A DNA stretch of 64,000 bases from Octopus vulgaris (lineage: Eukaryota). Each line of letters opens with the position of its first letter. The stretch's first letter is position 1. The stretch lies in assembly GCA_951406725.2 (NCBI GenBank), contig OX597836.1, forward strand, positions 10,664,001-10,728,000, written 5' to 3'. Of this stretch, positions 55,393 through 64,000 are shown in pieces. The translations under genes and the position numbers were made by a program. The notes beneath the pieces are model-generated. The model saw only the letters and a program-made list of their open reading frames with translations, searched no databases and was not told the DNA's origin.

Positions 55393-55707
55393 AAAAAACC
55401 ACATTCTCATAACGGACCCTTCGATTCAGAACCAGAACATACTTCTTTTTCTTTTTTAACGATTATTGATACCATTCAAATCCAGTTTTCTGGCCGATGA
55501 GCGCATTTTCTACCGCTACTATACGGACTCTGTCTGTAGGAGACAACTAGGCTACTGTCACCCCAACTCAAAAATTCTCGACCTGCCTTTCTTTGTCCAT
55601 CCTAATTCTGTCCACCGTCCCTTGGTCTGGCACTAATCTCTGCGTCCAGTCTTTCCTTATCAGAACATCTGTCCCGTGGAACTCTATTGCCACACACGTC
55701 TTTCCAG

Positions 55708-55785
55708 TATGTATGTATGTATGTATGTATGTATGTATGTATGTATGTATGTATGTATGTATGTATGTATGTATCTGTCTATCTT

Positions 55786-55840
<55 letters not shown>

Positions 55841-56036
55841 ATCTATCCATCCATCCATCCATCCATCCATCCATCCATCCATCCATCCATCCATCCATCC
55901 ATCCATCTATCCATCCATCCATCCATCCATGCATTCATCCATCCATCCATCCATCCATGCATCCATCCATCCATCCATCCATCCATCCATCCATCCATCC
56001 ATCCATCCATCCATCCATCCATCCATCCATCCATCC

Positions 56037-56083
<47 letters not shown>

Positions 56084-56148
56084 CATCTATCCATCCATCT
56101 ATCCATCCACCCATCCGTCCGTCCATCCATCCATCCATCCATCCATCC

Positions 56149-56214
<66 letters not shown>

Positions 56215-56532
56215 ACGATCCCTTTTGATCGAAACTCCCCCCCTTTCCTTTTTTTTTTTTTTTTGAACCTTCAAAAGAAAAGCTCTACCTTGTAATTTGT
56301 TCTATCTGTATGCAGCCCTGTGTGGCTAATAAAGAAACATATCTATCTATCTATCTATCTATCTATCCATCCATCCATCCATTCATTCATCCATCCATCC
56401 ATCCATCCATCCATCCATCCATCCATCCATCCATCCATCCATCCATCCATCCATTCATCCATCCATCCATCCATCCATCCATCCATCCATCCGTCCGTCC
56501 ATCCATCCATCCATCCATCCATCCATCCATCC

Positions 56533-56579
<47 letters not shown>

Positions 56580-56603
56580 CATCCATCCATCCATCCATCC
56601 ATC

Positions 56604-56644
<41 letters not shown>

Positions 56645-56805
56645 ATCTTATCTATCTATCTATCCATCCATCCATCCATCCATCCATCCATCCATCCATT
56701 CATCCATCCATCCATCCATCCATCCGTCCGTCCGTCCGTCCGTCCGTCCGTCCGTCCGTCCGTCCGTCCGTCCGTCCATCCATCCATCCATCCATCCATC
56801 CATCC

Positions 56806-56869
<64 letters not shown>

Positions 56870-56874
56870 GTCTG

Positions 56875-56929
<55 letters not shown>

Positions 56930-56978
56930 GTCTGTCTGTCTGTCTGTATCTCTGTATTTCTCTCGTTCTGTCTCTCTT

Positions 56979-57019
<41 letters not shown>

Positions 57020-57050
57020 CTCTCTCTCCCCCCCTTCTCTCTCCTCCTCT
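55708..57050. repeat. Compound (TATG)n/(TCTA)n/(TCCA)n/(TCCG)n microsatellite
   Basis: Directly visible. Confidence 0.95.
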
Positions 57051-57999
57051 CCATCATCGAGTAAGCGGCTCTCGTTACATTAGCGGTGCAGTTGAAATAT
57101 AGGTGAATGTTAATTCGGATAAATATTTATAGAGGGCTGCGCATTCGCGTGAAGCTTTGAATTAATCTATTACTTCTTTTAACCGGAGCTCATTAAAATT
57201 TATACTTTCATTAATTTGTTCCTGCTTGTCCTGCAGTGTATTGATTTCATTCAATGTGTATCTCAATCAACAAGTGTGTTGTATTATATGCATTGTACAT
57301 ATGCCTGTGTGTGTGTCTGTGTAACGTGTGTGTGTATGCGTGTATGTGTGTGTGTGTGTGTGTGTGTACACACCATACGTTTTGTTTACCATATCCAAGT
57401 TAAATTCATCTTCTGCAAAGTCCATTCCGTGTTGCAATGTTGTGGCTCGCTTGCCGCAGTGACCCTTAGGACTATGTCAGCGGAGCGCAAGCACTTGATA
57501 GGACCACGCGAATTAAATAAAAGACAGATGCCGATCTAATATGGATCACTTCTTCCCGAAGGTGAAAATGGGTTCGCATAGGGACAACATCCCGTACCTT
57601 AAAAAATAGCAACGTTACAAAATCATCGATGTTAATTGAAAACGAACAAGACTTGGAGAACTGAAGGCCTTATGTGGTGCATGTTGTAGTTTGGTGGCTA
57701 AGAAAATGGTACACAGAAACGATCGTAAACTCACTCTTACTCTCACCTTTCTTAACTAATTAAATAATGGCTTCCTAGCGCAAAAGACACACTTCTTATT
57801 GCTATTTTTCCTCCATTTTCTAATCGTCTATATAAATTAAACTACGGTTCACTCGCTAAATTACCTGCTGCCGTATACCTTTTACCTACTGAGGTAATTA
57901 CCAGGAGTGCCTTTGGATATATCTATCTCTAACTTTTAACACCTCTAACTTATACCTCATACATACATTCATGCATGCATATGTATATACATTCATACT

Positions 58000-58051
<52 letters not shown>

Positions 58052-58053
<2 letters not shown>

Positions 58054-58254
58054 AATCCTTAAACCATAAATCCTTAAAAATGTTTCAGCCCGAAGGCTGC
58101 GGCCATGTTGGGGCACCACCGTAGAATGAGCTACACTAATATGTGAAACCACCTCTGATACGTGGCACTTGGTCAACAAGGGAGTTTGACGCCGCTTCCC
58201 GCATCTGCGTTTCCTGCCGAGAGGTAGGTTCATCTGGAACCCCTGACAAGAAAA
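58052..58254 (-). mobile_element. 3' end of a CR1/L2-group LINE (ORF2 C-terminus and 3' UTR)
   Basis: Minus strand 58252-58136 encodes FLSGVPDEPTSRQETQMREAASNSLVDQVPRIRGGFTY*. The UTR has a CAGCC-TTCG-GGCTG hairpin and TTTAAGGA-type terminal repeats. Confidence 0.75.
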
Positions 58255-58342
58255 TATATATATATATATATATATTTGTTGTGCAAGATTTTTTATGTGA
58301 AATCGTGTTTTGAAACAGATATTGTTGTATTTCGGAATGGTC

Positions 58343-58503
58343 ATTTTGCCAGTTTAGCCAATAAAAAACACACGCACTATATATTTGGTGTTACTTTGCT
58401 TCAGTGTTATTTATTTATTAAGATTAAGATTAATGTAATAAAAAGATAACACTGAAGCAAAGTAACACCAAATATATAGTGCGTGTGTTTAAACTGGCAA
58501 AAT
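58343..58503. repeat. Inverted repeat, arms ~70 bp
   Basis: AAACACACGCACTATATATTTGGTGTTACTTTGCTTCAGTGTTAT is mirrored at ~58446-58490. Confidence 0.9.
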
Positions 58504-58522
58504 TTCTAAACAAAATATATAT

Positions 58523-58569
<47 letters not shown>

Positions 58570-59255
58570 TTAGGGTTAAATGAAATGCATTGATAAATTT
58601 AGAATATTTTCTTAGTCTTTTCTCATTCCTCGTCCATGTCAGCGCAATATTCAGTCTTTGTGTTATGCAGTGTATTCAGATAACAATACGAAATTCTAAA
58701 AATTGACTCACTTATTCAGCGTTTGGCTACCAGAGAAACGAAATGAATACCTAAGCATTCTAAGTCTATTATGTTTTGTAATAAACAATATTATTTCGAT
58801 TTATAAAAGAAGAAGAAGAAAAAGAACAACAAAATGTCTGAACTGAAAAAATGAAAACAACTATTAGTTATATGGAGCTGCTCTAAGTTAAAACAAATGA
58901 AAAACAACAACAACAAAAAAAAAAATAAAAGCGAAAAACAAGAACGAGTTAGACGGAGCTGTAAGATAAAAAGTAACGAAAAACGAAAAACGAAGAACAA
59001 ATGTGATAAGTGGACACTGATTAACCGATGGAAACATCTCAACAAATACATGAGAAGTTCCAGTATATATTTTATAGTTTCCTGTCTTATTTTTCTACTT
59101 TCACTTTCGTTTTATTTTTCTTATTTTCCTCTGATGATCATCAACTCGTCATTCATAATGAACCGTCCAGAATATTTATTTGACAAGCTCTTGTTTGTTC
59201 CCGATTTGCATCAAGATTTATTAAGAAGCTAATAACTGCAAGGCCTGGACAGACA

Positions 59256-59315
<60 letters not shown>

Positions 59316-60476
59316 GTATGTATATATATATATATGTATATATATATGTGTGTGTATATATAATTTTAGACAATATTCAGCTTCAGAGCAAATCTTATCA
59401 ATCATAACGAATCTGAATTATTAAACACCAAAAAACAAAATGAAATAGAAATAAAAATAAGAATAAAGATAAATAAATAAAAATGAAAAAATAAAAGAAA
59501 ATTTGAAAATACAAACAAAATATAAAAAGAATTTTGATTTTTTTTTTTTTTCATTAAAATTTAAGATTTCATATAATTTTTTGACATGTTTTTGATTGTA
59601 GTGAAATTTTTTTTTTCTTTAATTAGTTTTGGAAACCTTTAAGTTATTAAGATGGGGTGGTGGGCAAAAAAAACAAAAAAAAAAAAAACAAATGCAAAAA
59701 GAGAAAACAAAAACGAAAAAACAAACAAGCAACAAAAACTGATTTATCTGCCGAACGCAAAAACTGCGAAGTAATATCATTTCATCACAATTTTAATGCT
59801 AAGTTCCAAATAAGGTATGACATCTCAAAAAGCGCAACATTCACTATTTATTAGTCTTTAAAGGCAGAGTGTTAAGTGCTTTTGTCAGAGCCGCTCCTCT
59901 GGTTACGAGGCATGAATTTATCAACACACTGATCAGTGGATTCGGGGTCAATACTAACCTCAGCCAGCTGTAATTTTGGAATATTTCCTTTTATGTAAAG
60001 ATACAAAATACTACAACTGAATCCCTAGCTAAGAGGATTGGCGGTTTCGATAGCAGGGATCCCGAAGACCATCGAGAACATCAGATGATGCCATCACGTT
60101 TCCAACAAAGAACGGCGTTCGCGCATGCATCAGATTACGCAGCCTCTCACGTCATAACCCATTATTTCATCCTTCTCATTCCGCTCTCTGCGTTTCACGA
60201 CATCTTTTTACTTTGCTTCACGAAACGCAAAGGACGGAATGAGAACAGTGTAACCCCATGGACCAAATAATAATAATAAAAAAAGGGTTAGGTTCAGACT
60301 TCTGATACAACAACCGAGTTCAATCCAAGACACCTGAAGAAAGGTGGAGTATAAAACAGTCGAAGCGGTCGAAACAGCCGAAACATAGTTAAAGCAACAA
60401 GATGAGGACACAAATTTGAGTAACATAAACAGTTTCTATAGCATAAATATATCATCTCAAAGATATAAAATTAGTG

Positions 60477-60905
60477 ATTTAACGTTTGTTTACGTGATGC
60501 GCGCCTGTTGATCGCGTGTCTCTCTTGATGCGTATCCGTTATTCTAAGATTTCTATATATGGTGTGTGTCTCAATCTAATGTTTTGGTAGACGGTATGTG
60601 TGTGTGTGTGTGTGTGTGTGCGTTTTTTTTTGGGGGGGCTTTTGATCTAACGTTTCTGTTGATACGGAGTCGTTTGATCTAACATTTGTTGAGATGATGT
60701 GCGTGATGTCTGTCTGTTGGTCTTCGCCTCCCTAGACGTGTGTCTTTTGATCTGGCGTATTTATGGATGGTATGTGTCTCTTGATCTTACGCTTTTATTG
60801 ATGACGTCTGTCTGTTGATCTATCAATTTGGTCGGCTGCTACGAGTCTCTTGATGAACCAATTCTGTGGATATTCCGCGCCTGTTGATCCAACAATTCTG
60901 TAAAT
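60477..60905. repeat. Highly degenerate ~34-bp minisatellite
   Basis: TTGAT(C) recurs at ~60747, 60781, 60816, 60850 and 60884. Confidence 0.6.
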
Positions 60906-61140
60906 GAAGTGCGAGTAGATTTGTGCAAAAAATAATAATAAAATAATAATAATAACGATTTCTAACTTAAGCGAAAAAGAAAAAAAAAATCACGAAATAG
61001 AATTGATTCTTCTTCTTCTTCTTCTTCTTCTTCTTCTTCTTCTTCTTCTTCTTCTTCTTCTTCTTCTTCTTCTTCTTCTTCTTCTTCTTCTTCTTCTTCT
61101 TCTTCTTCTTCTTCTTCTTCTTCTTCTTCTTCTTCCACTT

Positions 61141-61230
<90 letters not shown>

Positions 61231-61233
<3 letters not shown>

Positions 61234-62289
61234 TAGTTTTATTTTTATAGCGTGCTTTCACTTCACTACCGAGCGCAGCTCTGTGTGCCTTGGGTATGTG
61301 CTGTGATTTGTTGTGATGCTCTGATGGTTATTGTATGGAAAGTGTTCTGCGTAGGATGTGTGCAGTGCCTAGTAGTGCAATTTTCTGTATGTTATATGTG
61401 TTTGTAAGTCCTGGTGTTTTTGTTATGTATTTGTCTGAATATTTTTTTATCATGCCTAATGCACCTACTATGATAGGAATTGTTTCTGTTTTCAGGTTCC
61501 ACATTCTAGTTACCTCTATTTCCAGGTCTTTGTATTTTGAGAGTTTCTCCATTTCTTTTAGAGACACGTTGTCATCTGCCGGTATTGATACATCAATTAG
61601 AAAGCATTTTTTTCTTCATGATCTCTGACAACTATATCTGGTCTGTTGGCCTTAATTTCTCTATCTGTGTGTATCGGCATATCCCAGAGTATGGTTGCTT
61701 TCTCGTTTTCTGTGACCTTTTCTGGTGTGTGCCTATACCATCTTTTTTCTGTTGTTATTCCATAATGTTGGCATAGCTTCCAATGTATGTAGGTTCCAAC
61801 TCTGTCATGTCTGTGAATATATTCCTTCTTAGCCAGGACTGGGCAGCTAGAGATAATATGATTTATTGTTTCTTGTCCATCTCCACATATTCTGCAGTTA
61901 CTTCTAATATTTCTTTTCATTACATGTTTTTGGTAATTTCTGGTGGGGAGGCTTTGGTCTTGTGCTGCAATTAAAAATCCCTCTGTTTCTGCTTTGAGTC
62001 CTGAGCTTCTCAACCATTGCTGGGATTTTTCTTTGTCTATTTCTTTTGCGTTTAGTTTAATGCAGTATTTACCATGAAGGGGCTTTTCTTGCCATCGTTT
62101 TATCATGGTTCGTTGCTGTTCTATTTTTATTTTGGATTTCATTTGTTTTATAGCTTTTGTTGTTTCTTCATCATCTTCTTCTTCTTTGTGTTTATTAGGT
62201 GGTATGATTTCTTGTTTGTATTTGTCAGCTTCCTTAAATACTGAGAACAGTTTTTTGTTTTGCTCGTGTTTTGCTGTGTTTTGCTCGTG

Positions 62290-62290
<1 letters not shown>
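61231..62290 (-). mobile_element. 5'-truncated R4/Dong-clade non-LTR retrotransposon inserted in (TAA)n
   Basis: Flanked on both sides by (TTA)n, with a 97-bp 3' UTR and an RLE-type ORF end. Confidence 0.9.
61328..62290 (-). pseudogene. R4/Dong ORF C-terminus with CCHC zinc knuckle and restriction-like endonuclease, one frameshift
   Basis: AAQDQ, CRIC..ETINHIISSC, RHD, RPDIV..(frameshift in an A run at ~61610)..LIDVSIP..EKLSKY..PIIVGALG. The RT domain is absent. Confidence 0.9.
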
Positions 62291-62352
<62 letters not shown>

Positions 62353-62372
62353 GTTGTTGTTGTTGTTGTTAT

Positions 62373-62860
62373 TGAGTGAGAGAAATGTGACCCTGGGATA
62401 CCAATATACGAAACCCAGTATACCCATCATGACTACCCGTCTGATAAGGGTACACCAGGCACATGCATAACAAACATATGTGCACGACATGGTGATCTCA
62501 TATCAAGAATAACAGTGCGTGACCTCGCAGGTGGGGCCCAGTTAGAATTTCCTACAGGTCGTGTAGACCATGCCGCTCGAAAGGTCCCTGAATAAGGGTT
62601 GTTTAAGGATGTTGAACGAAACACCCATGTTTCCAAAGGTGAATTATCCAAAGCTCTAAGAATTCCTTTCAACACACGGTTATGATGCTCTCCCACTACT
62701 TCTGCTCGTGATCAGAGATGCACATATCATCAGCCACTAAGGGACATGCTCAACTGGTTATGGTCAAACAACTGATAAGCAAATCTGTGGTATTGAGCAG
62801 AATATTTGCTGTAACCCATCTTTTATATACCAAGACAAAACAATGTACATGATAACACTC
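62373..62860 (-). mobile_element. Unclassified interspersed repeat, possibly a decayed non-LTR 3' end terminating in (AAC/AAT)n
   Basis: A GC-richer block abuts the microsatellite sharply. No convincing protein motif. Confidence 0.35.
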
Positions 62861-63532
62861 TATCCATACCGAAAAATACTTTGTAATATTTATTGATTTT
62901 AAAATTAATAATTATTTTCCCTTATATTTGTAATGAAATTTTTCACTCCCTTATAACAAACCGCAGTTCTCTTTCTGCGGTACTATCTTGTGACGCACAT
63001 GGTAATCTTGGAGGGATAATACGAATTCATTCGTGTATATGGATTTAGACGTGCTGACTATCTTCTGTTGTTTCCGATGGCGCTGGATCGGGATGCAAAG
63101 GGTAGGTTCAGAGCATTTGCAAATTTATAAATTATCGAATTATTTTGTTGATGACGTGAGTGAATTTGTAACCCAGAGTGAATTTCTAACCCAGAAACGC
63201 GTCCACTATTAATCGAATACTGTTTGATTTCGTTATTTTTCTTCTTTTGCCTAAGTGAGTTACAAGTAATGTTATCTGTGGAGTAATATCTGTAGCAAAA
63301 GGAATAAGCAGTCTAAATTTTCGGTATGTGGTTAAGCAACTTGTTGCTTAACCTTAATTATATTTATATAAATAAAAAACTTTTTGTAAAAGTTCCTACC
63401 GAAAATGGTTCTCTTTCCATACCGAAACTAATTGGTAATATTTATCAATTTTAAAATTAATAATTATTTACCCATATATATATACATTTATATATATGTT
63501 TTGTGTATATGTGCACTCTATCATATATATCG

Positions 63533-63922
63533 TGGTACTCCGTCGGTTGCGACAACGAGGGTTCTAATTGATCCAGTCAACAGAACAGCCTGCTCGTGAA
63601 ATTAACGTGCAAGTGGCTGAGCACTCCACAGACACGTGTACCCTTAACGTAGTTCTCGGGGAGTTTCGGCGTGACACAGAGTGTGACAAGGCTGGCCCTT
63701 TGAAACACAGGTACAACAGAAACAGGAAGAAAGAGTGAGAGAAAGTTGTTGTGAAGGAGTACAGCAGGGTTCACCACAACCCCGCTGCCGGAGCCTCGTG
63801 GAGTTTTAGGTGTTTTTGCTGAATAAACAAACACTCACAACGCTCGCCCGGTCTGGGAATCGAAACCGCGATCCTACGACCACGAGTCCGCTGCCCTAAC
63901 CACTGGGCCATTGCGTCTCCAC
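63533..63922 (-). mobile_element. SINE family C, tail type 1, full length
   Basis: Reverse complement of 54392-54777. Confidence 0.92.
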
Positions 63923-64000
63923 ACCATATATATATATATATATGTACGCGTGTGCTCTTTCATGTATATGTCCGTGTGTGCCTTACATACATGTATGTGT

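Larger units (their letters stand above)
54195..56340 (+). mobile_element. Degraded CR1-group (Zenon-like) LINE 3' region, interrupted by SINEs and microsatellites
   Basis: Remnant peptides FYRYY and [20 protein letters not shown] match the C-terminus typical of this group. A 3' tail-like segment lies at 56285-56340. Confidence 0.6.

Overview
This is AT-rich eukaryotic DNA dominated by microsatellites and short interspersed repeats. The repeat landscape resembles an octopod cephalopod genome, which is an inference from memory and not a database hit. No host protein-coding gene can be supported, and almost all listed ORFs are translations of simple repeats. The window contains at least four tRNA-derived SINE families (called A-D here, over 40 copies or fragments), a 5'-truncated R4/Dong-type non-LTR retrotransposon inside a (TAA)n tract, two CR1-group LINE remnants, an internally deleted mariner with intact TIRs, maT-like remnants and several MITEs. 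It also holds several Penelope-like terminal-repeat fragments and an intron-containing tRNA-Lys(UUU) gene with a damaged acceptor stem. The most notable observations are an apparently intact type I hammerhead ribozyme (3975-4060, minus strand) with several divergent hammerhead-like motifs elsewhere, two SINE/LINE shared-tail pairs visible within the window, and module swapping between SINE families. Coordinates of degenerate repeats are approximate because they were read by eye.
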